The notes under the pieces were generated by a model. It saw only the letters and a program-made list of their open reading frames with translations. It searched no databases and was not told where the DNA came from. This document shows positions 22,214-32,185 of a stretch of 64,000 nt of DNA, one piece after another. Made by a program: the position numbers and the translations under genes. How positions within the stretch are numbered: position 1 is the first letter of the stretch; every line of letters begins with the position of its first letter. Location: positions 1-64,000 of the forward strand of contig JAADVB010000062.1 of NCBI GenBank assembly GCA_023334545.1, written 5' to 3'. Source of the stretch: Salisapilia sapeloensis CBS 127946. Its lineage: Eukaryota > Protista > Oomycota.

Positions 22214-22344
22214 GTAGATACAACCGTATGCAAACTGTAAAAGCAACTAAACGTCGCTCTGTGTACAGCCAATACAGTCACCATGTACATTTCTACCTGC
22301 TAAACACCGTTGTTTCACATAAAAGCTAGTCGCATTCTTCATTT

Positions 22345-23019
22345 TCAGACAATATGATGTGGACTGTGCCTCCTAAAACTGCTGAACCCTGCTTCTCCGT
22401 CGTTCCGTGTGCCATAACTTCGGAGTGGACGGTAGATACTAAAGCTGGATTCACTGTGGCTTGTGTGTTGACTGCTACTCAGCGTTTCGTCCCGAGACGA
22501 AGTGCTGGATTGCCGAGACGGCGGGAACCCATTCGCAAGCAAAACTCGATTCGGGTTACTGTTCATGACCTTGTACGGCCGCCCACACATCTTCTCGTAG
22601 AGCAGCAAAGCCCACGCGACGAAGCTGACCGCTAGGAACAAGTAGAACCTTGCTTCTAAAGCAGCTTCTCGCTCCGCTGCAATGGGAGCCGTGTAGCAGT
22701 CGCATTTCTGGCTAAAGATGGTCGTCGCACACTCGTTTCGAAAGTGGCAGCAGCAGGGTTGAAATGTCGAAAGAATTTGGCCGCAGAATACACCTTCGGA
22801 CTCATTGTTGACCGCATGAGAGCAGTCTCCAGTTTCATGACAGATAGCACATCCATAAGCAGCCGGCTCCGATTCATTGTATCGGCGCTGCTTTGATGCT
22901 GATAAGAGTTGTGCGACGTGCTGCTGCTGAAAGTTTAGATTGCCGTGAGCGTATTGTGCACTTGCGGTGTTTATACTCTGCAGCAGGAGGAAGAAGAGGA
23001 AGCATAACCATCGATTCAT
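22345..23019 (-). CDS. Type I membrane protein with a 10-Cys extracellular module
   Basis: Signal peptide MNRWLCFLFFLLLQSINTASA, Cys module CAICHETGDC...FC...CCC...EC...CDC, TM FYLFLAVSFVAWALLLY, Ser-rich tail. Confidence 0.75.
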   Translation of the reverse strand: MNRWLCFLFFLLLQSINTASAQYAHGNLNFQQQHVAQLLSASKQRRYNESEPAAYGCAICHETGDCSHAVNNESEGVFCGQILSTFQPCCCHFRNECATTIFSQKCDCYTAPIAAEREAALEARFYLFLAVSFVAWALLLYEKMCGRPYKVMNSNPNRVLLANGFPPSRQSSTSSRDETLSSSQHTSHSESSFSIYRPLRSYGTRNDGEAGFSSFRRHSPHHIV

Positions 23020-23100
23020 GCTGTTGATCTCTACGTTTCTTCAACATGGGTGGATTTGCATCGGTAACGTTATTCCCTTGGCTCTTAAAGATACCGATTT

Positions 23101-24274
23101 ATGACACATCTCCGAGCGCTCAATCGCACAGCCACGATGTGGAGGCAGGCTACAGGATCACGAGGTCGTTGGGCAGCACTGGCAACTAGTCTCTCGATGT
23201 CTAGTGCGCTGGCCGGAAGTGCTTCATTCAAGAGCTACTGTAGCGATACTGCAACGACGGACACCCAGCCGGGTCCTGCGCGGATAATCGTCCGAGACGC
23301 TGGTACCGCCTCCACGTCCTTTTATTGCTTCAAAATACTGAATAATGTGTCAATGTACCATGAAGATGAGTTTTCGCGCAAGTGGAGTAAATTTAGCAAG
23401 GATGGAATGGACAAGCTCCTCGTCATGGCGGACTTTGATTACACGTTGACCAAAGTGAACACCCCTGCAGGTATCGAAATGCGGCATGTCTTCTCTATAT
23501 CTTTTATAAACCCTTACTGACCATTGCATGTTGCAACCCCTACAAGGTGAAAGAGCTGAGAGCTCTCACGGCGTTTTGCTTCATGCCATGAGCAAGCAGT
23601 CGGCCACGGATGCTTGGAACACTTTCCTCCACTACTACCCGATCGAGCAGTCCACGACTCTCTCCAAAGAGGAAAAGCTTCCCCACATGCTCACGTGGTG
23701 GAACAAGCAGCACGCGTTTATCTTACAAAACGATCTGACAAGACAGGACGTGTTGGACGCTGGCAAGAAGAGTAACGTGACGTTCCGAGAGGGCTTTGAC
23801 GACGTCTTCAACACCTTGACCGCCTTCAATGTCCCAACGCTCATCTTCTCCGCCGGCCTCTACGATGTCATCCACGCCCTGCTAGATCTTCACTACGGTC
23901 CGAATGCCACGCCAAGTAACGTCCACGTCATCTCGAACATGATGAAATTCGACACCGACGGCGTCGCACGTGAGTTTCAGGGTGAGATCATCCACAGCCT
24001 CAACAAGAACGCAGAGGTGCTCGCCGGCAGTTCCTTCCTCGAACAGTGCCACGCAGACGAGCGATCGAACGTCTTAATTCTGGGTGACTCCATCGGCGAC
24101 GCAGACATGGCACATGGTCTAGACGAAGACAAGCACGAGATGCTCAAGATTGGCTTCGTAAATGACGGCGGTCAGGAGAAAGTGGAGCAATACTTGACCA
24201 AGTACGACGTCGTCCTCACGAATGACGCGAGTCTCCACCTGCTCATCCTCTTGCTTTCGCAAATGCAGAAATAA
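23101..24274 (+). CDS. NT5C3: Cytosolic 5'-nucleotidase III / pyrimidine 5'-nucleotidase (HAD), 3 exons
   Basis: HAD motif ADFDYTLT, IFSAG, HSLNKN, LGDSIGDADMA. Introns 23303-23365 and 23471-23546 restore the frame; Arg/Ala/Ser-rich N-terminal extension. Confidence 0.9.
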
Positions 24275-24326
24275 GTCCAACAAATGTACATGCATTGCAA
24301 GTGAAATCAAAATCCTATTTAAGCGT

Positions 24327-25814
24327 CTACGAAATGTTGTTCGGCTTGAAAACGTTGAAGCCGTCACTAGCAGTGCTCACCAACACGCCTGGGCACTGCG
24401 GGTGGAAGTGGAGCTCCTTGATGTCCGATTGACCTTGGTGGATGAACAGCAGCTGAGGCGGGACGTCCACGTCCATTCCCTCGGCCGCACTGGCGTTCTC
24501 CTTGTCTTCTTCCACAGACATATCCCAGACGCTGAGTTGATTATCGGCACCACTCACAGCCACGACAGACTCGTCATTCGGATGCCACTCGATCGACGTG
24601 ATGGGCGCCGTGTGGTAGCGGAAGTTTGCGACAGGAGCATCCGGCTTAAAGTTACGCATGTCCCAAATCTTGAACGTTCCGTCGTCCGATCCGGACGCCA
24701 ACAAGTACGCCACGTTCGAGTTCCACGAGATGACATTCACGTCGTCGGTGTGGGCGTTGTCACACGACAGCATCGCGTTCTCCTTTCGTCTCGTGTCCCA
24801 GATCTTGATGCTGCGATCGGCAGAGCACGACGCCAGCACCGATGCTTCTGTCGGACTCCATTGCAAGTCCTCGACGGATGCTCTGTGGCCCGAGAATGGA
24901 GTCGGGTCGACGTTCCATGTGCCTCCTTCTTGCGGCTGCCAGACGTAGATCTTGCTAGCGCAGTCTCCCGTGGCTAGCTGACCAGGAACAACCGGAGACC
25001 AGTCCATGCCAAAGCCCTCATCGGCATGACCAGAGTAGGTGTAAATAGGTGTCTGCTGCTTCTTCATGCTCGGGACGGGCTTGGAAGATCCATCCAGGGA
25101 TTGAAGCTGGTTGGCAATGTCCCACAGATGCACTTCCTTCGTGTCCGCCCACGTCGCGACGATGTTGGAGGACTGTGGCATGCATCGGATGCGGTTGACT
25201 CCGCCTGGGTGCGGAATCGCTCGAGACTCGAGCAACGGGTCTCCGTCCATTGCAGAGTTCTCGTCATCTGACTCATCTTCCGAGTCCGAATCCGAGTTGG
25301 GGTCCTTCTGCTTGGTCTTGTACAGGTCCGCCATCTTCATGACTGTGATCTGGTTCTCATCTCGAGACGAAGCCTGTGTGCCAGCAACCATGTACATGGA
25401 CAATGGAAACTTGGTGCGTACAGCTCCCAAGTTGTCTCGTACGACGTCGATACTGAGAGCTGGCCACTCGGCTGTCATGGCGTAATACATGTCGTAGGCG
25501 CTGCTGTCATAGTCCAGCTCCTCGCCATCGCCGACTTCATTCACACCTGGCAAAAACACCTTCTTCTCCATCTTCTCTTCGTCATCATCTTCCATGTCGA
25601 CGTCCTTGCCGGTGGTAATTTCTTCGTCTACATCCTCATCGTCATCGTCGTCCTGCTCCTCCACCATTTCCTCATCGTCGATATCGTCACCAAACGGGTC
25701 TTCAAACACCAAATCTTCGCCATTTTCGTCCTTTGGGTTGCCTACGTCAGCCGTATGGCGCTTTGCACTGGCGTCGGACACCTCCTCAACACTTCGCTTC
25801 GCTCCACCTCGCAT
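24327..25814 (-). CDS. GRWD1: Glutamate-rich WD-repeat protein 1 (ribosome biogenesis Rrb1)
   Basis: Acidic N-terminus, LDYDSSAYDMY...EWPALSIDVV (CAF1C_H4-bd-like), HxGGVNRIR, SVEDLQWSPTE, PPQLLFIHQGQSDIKELHFHPQ. Confidence 0.95.
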   Translation of the reverse strand: MRGGAKRSVEEVSDASAKRHTADVGNPKDENGEDLVFEDPFGDDIDDEEMVEEQDDDDDEDVDEEITTGKDVDMEDDDEEKMEKKVFLPGVNEVGDGEELDYDSSAYDMYYAMTAEWPALSIDVVRDNLGAVRTKFPLSMYMVAGTQASSRDENQITVMKMADLYKTKQKDPNSDSDSEDESDDENSAMDGDPLLESRAIPHPGGVNRIRCMPQSSNIVATWADTKEVHLWDIANQLQSLDGSSKPVPSMKKQQTPIYTYSGHADEGFGMDWSPVVPGQLATGDCASKIYVWQPQEGGTWNVDPTPFSGHRASVEDLQWSPTEASVLASCSADRSIKIWDTRRKENAMLSCDNAHTDDVNVISWNSNVAYLLASGSDDGTFKIWDMRNFKPDAPVANFRYHTAPITSIEWHPNDESVVAVSGADNQLSVWDMSVEEDKENASAAEGMDVDVPPQLLFIHQGQSDIKELHFHPQCPGVLVSTASDGFNVFKPNNIS

Positions 25815-26060
25815 CGCTGCTTGTCTCTGATAACGCGAATGGCTGGCTGAATCGCTGGCACATTCCTACATACAGACTTCAAGTCAGTGTCGATCAGCGA
25901 AATACATACCAGAAGTATACAGCCAATATCGCTTTAAAATAACAGAGGACTGACCACAGCTTTTATCATGTTGTAGCAATAGACTTTTCGTATAGAATTA
26001 GCCTATTGACAATGCCAACCCCACCACCCGAATCGAGCACAAAGTGGAATGGTGACAAGT

Positions 26061-27211
26061 ATGCGAGGCATTCGAGCTGCAGCGTCCGTTTCTCGATCAG
26101 CAGGCTATGCACACAGCCGCAACTTCTGGAGACAGGAACAGAGGTTTGCACACACTGACACCCACGCCCAAGATGATGCGAGACAATTGCAGCAATCCGT
26201 CCAGTACGTCCAATCACAATGATATCGCTAATAGCGTGCATTTGGCTGTCAACACTCCATCTCACGCCTTTATACAGAAAGCAAGACTATGACCACTTTG
26301 CATGCGGACTATTGCTACCTGTGGATGTTCGCCCGTCCTACTTTGCCATCGTATGTCGTTTTACACTACTGTCTTGATTGCGTCTCAACCTCGTCATGCA
26401 GAGAGCCATGAATGCAGAGCTGTCCACCATTAAAGATACGGTACGTGGAAACGCTTCCACGGGTGCCCTCCGTCTCGATTGGTGGCGCCAACAGCTTCAG
26501 ATGCTGTACGACTCACCGGAACTAGCGTCAAATAACTACCTCTTACGAGGTCTAGGCCGTGCCATCCACAAGCACAACCTGACGCATCGATTCTTCGAGC
26601 GAATCATAGATGCTCGTCTCCAAGACCTGGAGACCGAAAATGTTCAGACGCTGCCACAGCTAGAAGCGTACTGTGAGAAGACTGCGTCATCACTACTCTA
26701 CCTCACGCTTGAGTGTCTCGACATTAGAGACGACAACGCCGACGAGGCTGCAGGTCACGCTGGTGTGGCGACAGGAATCACAACGTTGCTCCGAGCCATG
26801 CCACACCACAGCAAAAAGGAGCAGATTTACCTGCCGGAAGACATACTTCGCAAGGTACATGTCAGATTAGAGTACTGTCGGAACGAGTACTAACGCCTTA
26901 TGCAGCACAATGTACAAGCAGCGGATGTCCTACAGGGTGCTGGAGACGCTGACGCAGGGGAAAAGGTGGCTCCGGCTGTGTTCGATGTCGCGTGTCGGGC
27001 GCTGGAGCACGTCCGAGCAGCTCGCGAGTTGCAGCAGAAGCTTCCGAAGCAAGCGTTCCCAGCCTTCCTTCCTCTCGTCCCTGTGAACAGGTACTTGTCG
27101 GACCTAGAGACGGCAGGCTTCAACGCATTTTCAGAGGATCTGAGGAAACCGGTGCACCCTGTGAAACTGCACTATGCCATCGTAAAGCACTACTTCCTCG
27201 GTCGAATTTAA
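26061..27211 (+). CDS. NDUFAF6: Complex I assembly factor 6 (squalene/phytoene synthase-like fold), probably 4 exons
   Basis: Mitochondrial-type presequence MRGIRAAASVSRSAG; spliced KQDYDHFACGLLLP...YFAI|RAMNAEL, RLDWWRQ, LEAYCEKTASSLLYL, IYLPEDIL, AFLP. The first intron (26204-26277) is the least certain. Confidence 0.88.
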
Positions 27212-27262
27212 AAGGAAAAACATATATTTTCTTCCGAAGGAAATTCAAATAGCTAGCTTTCC

Positions 27263-28016
27263 TTACGACCGTTGCTTCTTCAATGCACTTTCATCTCTGG
27301 ATTCTTGCGGACTTGACGTCGACGCAGGCGACTTGGATACACCAGACGCAGCGCTCGACGCTCGGCGCTTCTCCAGGGCATTCAACTGGCCTTGCAGCTG
27401 GTCTTTCTTGAGCTTCACTCGGTTCTCGAACTCAAATCCGCTCTTAAAGTAGTCCAGTCGAGACGGAGCAGAGATGTGAAGCAGCTCCTCTTCGATCGCA
27501 CATGCCTAGGTATAGATTTAGAACTCTTGTATCCTGTTTATCATAAAGAGAATAACGTACGACTTGGAGCAGATCCTCGTACGTCTGACAGCGACTCGTG
27601 TACGCATCTCGGATCTTGGCACGAACGGCCTGCCTCTCTTCGATCGTCAAATAAGTCCGCCAGTCCTGCATCGAAGTCGACGAGCCGCTATTCGTACTTT
27701 GAGAAACGCTTCGCGTGGCACCTCCTGGCGGCCCGACGGCACTCGCCGAGATGGCAGAAGAATGTGGCACATTCCTGCCACCTGTGTTCGAGCGATGGTA
27801 CACGCCAGAGGCTGTGGCCGCGCGAGCCATTTGCGGCGGACTCGTGTGGGGTAAGGACGTATGGAGAACGGACGGAATGGAGTTCATGCCGACGCCCAGT
27901 CGACCTGTGTTCGGGTTTCCGCTCGACGACGGATATGCGCTCGAGGAGCCGCTGGCGCTATTGCTCAGCGTCCGCTTGAGCGACGGGATCGAGTTGCCGC
28001 TATTCGCTCCGTTCAT
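27263..28016 (-). CDS. KIX-like (Med15 KIX-type) domain protein, 232 aa, 2 exons
   Basis: Intron 27506-27560 joins DWRTYLTIEERQAVRAKIRDAY...LLQV to ACAIEEELLHISAPSRLDYFKSG, resembling the three-helix KIX pattern DWR...R...KI...EEKIF...DY. Confidence 0.7.
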
Positions 28017-28152
28017 GCAATCTCCCTTACTTTGGTCTTTAACGCCGTTTTCGGTGACCAGCAGACTGGTACCGTCGCAGGCGAGTGTAACCCTGGATTT
28101 TGATGGTAGAAAAGCAAGTATATTGAAAGTTAGTGTGGTGGAGCTTGAGAAG

Positions 28153-28662
28153 TCATTGCGGCCACATGACTGGGTCGTGCGACCGGCAAAACTGGTCGAA
28201 AGCGCTGGCCAGATCTCGTTCCAGTTTTTGCACACGATCGCACGCTTCCGGATTGGCGTCTGCTACGCACAGTTTATGATATTGACGTTCACGTTGCTTG
28301 GATGCTTGGATTTCTTGGTGCAAAGATCGGTTTATATACGGTTTGCCCTTGCCGACATCGCGCTTGCCTTTCTTTTTCTTTTTCTTCTTCTTACTGTCAG
28401 CCGATGGTGCGCTGTATCGTTCCGAAAACTTTTTTCGCCATTCCTCACTCAATACAAATCCATACTCGTACTCCTCTTCGTCTACTGCTTTTTCCTCTTC
28501 CTCTTCGACAGGAGGCGATGCACTTTGCTGCACATCCATCGTAGTCTCAGGGAAAGACAGCGCAGTCCAAGGTGTCAACCAGCATCCCTGCTTTTGCTCA
28601 AATACCGCTCCCCATGCCTCTGGAAACGGAAACGGCGGTGGGATCGCCGGTCGATTGCTCAT
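28153..28662 (-). CDS. GEMIN8-like protein
   Basis: Acidic stretch then LSEEWRKKF, Lys-rich NLS, and C-terminus VQKLERDLASAFDQFCRSHDPVMWP resembling the Gemin8 C-terminal motif ([25 protein letters not shown]). Confidence 0.55.
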   Translation of the reverse strand: MSNRPAIPPPFPFPEAWGAVFEQKQGCWLTPWTALSFPETTMDVQQSASPPVEEEEEKAVDEEEYEYGFVLSEEWRKKFSERYSAPSADSKKKKKKKKGKRDVGKGKPYINRSLHQEIQASKQRERQYHKLCVADANPEACDRVQKLERDLASAFDQFCRSHDPVMWPQ

Positions 28663-28773
28663 GTCGTGAATGTAGCTAACGCCTACCCTTTGCAACTGAT
28701 GCTTGTCATTTATATAAATTTCAGCAGGTAAAAACACTCCAAACCAACCAAAAACAAGTTTTCAATTCAAGTC

Positions 28774-29718
28774 ATGGCTTTGGAGCAGAAGAAGCGCCAG
28801 CGAGATGCTGCTGTCAATGCCAACGGCGGTGGAAATGGACACCAGAGTAGTGACAGCAGTGACGAGGAGGATGAGCTTACTTTTACGGAGCAGCAAGCAG
28901 TAGACGACGATGAGGACAGCGACGAAGAGATGCCGGATGCCAACCCACCGGCTGCTGGTGCCAATGGGGACGTCGTCAACGTCGACTTTGTGTTCAGTGA
29001 TCCGCAGGAACGTCACTTTAACAGTGTAAAGCAGTTGCTGCTAGGATTCATGCCACCATCACAGCCCTTCAATGTGTCCGACTTGGCCGACCTCGTCATC
29101 AATCAAGCGTCCGTCGGCACCATGATCGGCGTTGACGAAGAGGACGATGTGTACGCTTTCATCACCGCTCTCAACATGCAAAAGCATCAGCATTCTTCTA
29201 GCATGCAACAGATCGGGCAGTTCTTGTCGAAAAAGTGTCCAGCCGACCTCCAAGACCGCTTCACTTCAATCCTCAATCACCCCAAGACCGGTTTGCTCAT
29301 CAATGAGCGTATAGTAAACCTCCCTTACCAGCTCGTACCACCTCTTCAGAACGCTCTGCACGAGGACTTGATGTGGGCAGCCGAGAACGAAGAGGATGCT
29401 GCTCTACGCCAAAGCCTCGACTTTGAGTACTTCGTCCTGCTAGCCTCGTGCGTTCCTCCAGCTGCAACGGAGGGCAGCTCCAATGGCAAAGGAAAGAAGA
29501 AAGCCAAGAGAGAGGATACGGATATGGGCAAGGTGTATCGTAATTTCGAGGATGAGTTCTTGGCAAGCGTAGCAGACTTCACCTTCTCCTTTGACGTCCC
29601 GAGAAGCGAGCAGGAAAAGGCGCTGGGAAAACCAGACAAGACGAACGTCGTTATCGTCGTTCGAAAGGACAGGCACAAAGAATCAACCGACATGCTGGCG
29701 AATATGATCGACGCTTAG
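28774..29718 (+). CDS. BCP1: BCP1/BCCIP family protein
   Basis: Acidic N-terminus, VNVDFVFSDP...FNSVKQLL, DLADLVINQ, VYAFITALN, GLLINERIVNLP..LVPPL, FEDEF. Confidence 0.92.
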   Translation: MALEQKKRQRDAAVNANGGGNGHQSSDSSDEEDELTFTEQQAVDDDEDSDEEMPDANPPAAGANGDVVNVDFVFSDPQERHFNSVKQLLLGFMPPSQPFNVSDLADLVINQASVGTMIGVDEEDDVYAFITALNMQKHQHSSSMQQIGQFLSKKCPADLQDRFTSILNHPKTGLLINERIVNLPYQLVPPLQNALHEDLMWAAENEEDAALRQSLDFEYFVLLASCVPPAATEGSSNGKGKKKAKREDTDMGKVYRNFEDEFLASVADFTFSFDVPRSEQEKALGKPDKTNVVIVVRKDRHKESTDMLANMIDA

Positions 29719-29759
29719 ATTGGTCAAACAAGTTTATTCTTTTATTGTCTCGTGCTTGT

Positions 29760-31967
29760 CTAGTCTAGTTGGATGGAACGTAGGACTGCAGTTGACAGTT
29801 CAGTGGTCGTCAAGGGACTTGCATTGGAAGACCACATCGCTCCAACGTGTCCGTCTGGTCGAATCAAAGCTGCTTTATGCGCCGACAAAAACTTTTCCCA
29901 GGCATTTGTACTTCCGTTATCAATCGACTTAGGACTGATTTTGTAGCTCTTCACTCCACCTTCATCGGCAGCCTGTTCATCACTCTGTTGCTTGTGTACA
30001 CGAACCACCTGTACCCAGTTCGAGAGCTCTGAAGATGCTTCTGGTAATTCAGAAATAATCTCAATTAGATCCATGGCACCGTCCACCACAAGGACAAAGC
30101 CAACACCTCCAGACGATTTAAAAGGCAACTCAAGTGTTGATGTCTCCTTTTCTTCTGTCGTTTGCAACCAAAAGTGGGGAAAGCGCTTGCCAATGGCTAC
30201 CGTGGGGCTATAAACGTCCGGCTTGTTCACATTAAAACGCTCGGACGTGTTCAGCTTCTTATCACTCATAAGCTTCTTCGCCTCCTGCTTCCAATCCTTC
30301 CTGTAGGAATAGCCAATATCAAAGTCGTAGAAGAGCATGCCGAGTCCAGCCCTGTCTTCCACCACCTCCTTCACCTTCTGTTTCATGCCCTCAGAAGCTG
30401 CATTGCCATTGTTTGACTCCAGCAGCTTCAAAGGATACTTGCCGATGGTCATGGCAGACTGCAGCACGCCTCTTTTAAAGATGTCAGGCGCAAAGCTCAA
30501 GACAGAAGAGTTAATAGCACCATGAAGCGTCTTGGCTGTGCCGTGCGAGACGTTTAGAGCCGTCGGTACGCGCATCGTTCGTTCGAAATTGCGCAGACTC
30601 ACCTGCGTCGTCGTTGCTGCAATCATCTGTCTCTCCTTTTCATACCCTTCCAATGCCGTTGTTCTCTCCTCCGGATTCGACAGACTGTAGCCAAGTCGCC
30701 AGGCTAGACTGAACGCATCCTGGATGCCAGTGTTCATGCCAAAACCACCGGCAGGAGGAAATTGATGTGCAGCGTCGCCAACCAGGAACACTCGATTAGA
30801 TCTATCACTATACTCCTTTGCCACCTGCGCGTTCATTTGCCACTGGCCGATGGACAGGATTTCTAGGTCCGAAAGGTTGAGAGAAGAGAGCAAGGACGAG
30901 AGGATGCGATGGCATCGTCGAGGCGAAAAGTCTAGGCCGAGTGATTCTTGAGGAGGAAAGAAAGGAACTTGGAAGACCCACTCGCCTTTGTTAAGGTCGT
31001 GAGCGATAAGTACGCCAATGACCTCAGAATTGAAGACGAAGTAAAGCATAGCTGGATTCTCGGTCGCTTTCTTCGACAGTTGAGGACTTTTGAAATGGAT
31101 GTTGGCAATGCTTTGTAATCCTTCTGCACCGACCATGTCAATATCACATTGCTGACGAACTGCACTGTGAGCTCCGTCAGCTGCAATTACATAGTCGTAC
31201 TCGGACATCTCCATCTCTCGTTTGTTCCTATTGCAACAAGCTTCTTAGACAAATGCAAGCGCATATTTTCTAGAAAAAGGTACGAACGAGTGATAAAGAT
31301 CGACCGTGATAGGGTCCAAGCCATTTTTTGGTCCTGACGGAATCTTCAGTCCACGCAACTCAATTCCTCTCTCAACCGAAATGTTTTGTTCACTTAAAAA
31401 ATCGTTCAAGAGCATTTCAAAGCGGTGCTGCGGAAAGTGCAGAAATTGAGATGGAGAAATTTTGTCCAGGGCAGATCGCAAGCCTTTTGCAGAGCTTTGA
31501 GAAGACTCACAGTCTCTTGGAATGTCTACAGTAGTGCAGTAGGTTAATACGACATCGGACAGAAACTTCGTGCGAACGAAAACGATAAAAACCTGGGCCA
31601 AACTGATCAATCCGAGCAATCTCACGCTCTCGGCCCATACCACTGCAGTAGACATAGTCTCTCCACTATATGCAATAAACACCTCATTACTTTCGATCCA
31701 TCTGATCATGGCGATGAACTACTGTACCAAATGACTTGGTGCTGCGTGTTCCAGCAACGCTTGATGAAATTGCGGCATCGAAGTGTATAATACTTCCATC
31801 GTCCGTAAGCTTAGAAAGTGAGCTTGAGGATGCGTCGTTGGTCCTTGTTGTCGATCAATGATGCGCGTTGGGACGTTAAACAGCTTCTCAAGCAAGAATC
31901 CTGTGGCCATCCCAACCGGACCGGCACCAACGATAAGCACTCGAGGTCTGGAGCGAAGGAGACTCAT
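29760..31967 (-). CDS. FAD-dependent aromatic monooxygenase (FAD_binding_3, PheA/TfdB-type), 4 exons
   Basis: VLIVGAGPVG, HPQAHFLSLRTME, YVIAADGAHS, FLVGDAAHQFPPAGGFGMNTGIQDA, and C-terminal GKRFPHFWL...LIRPDGHV. Three short introns between ~31230 and 31727 restore the frame. Confidence 0.9.
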
Positions 31968-32185
31968 GTTAGCGTTCGATCTGGCTGCACACAAGTGCCA
32001 AAATGGCCGTTGCAGGGACGTGCACCGTCAAATTCGCGTCTTTGTCATGTTTTGTGTCCGTATCAATGAATAATGCGCATTTCACACTTTTTGTTACTCG
32101 ATAGATGCAGCTACCATTATATGGGTCATGAGAGTGATTGTAAAAGGCGAAGTGTTGATCAACTATCCTGGTAGTCTCGGCATTT

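Noticed and set aside
27715-28731. 338-aa plus-strand ORF
   Set aside because: Antisense to the better supported KIX-like and GEMIN8-like genes; its hydrophobic run is the reverse complement of Lys/Glu codons.
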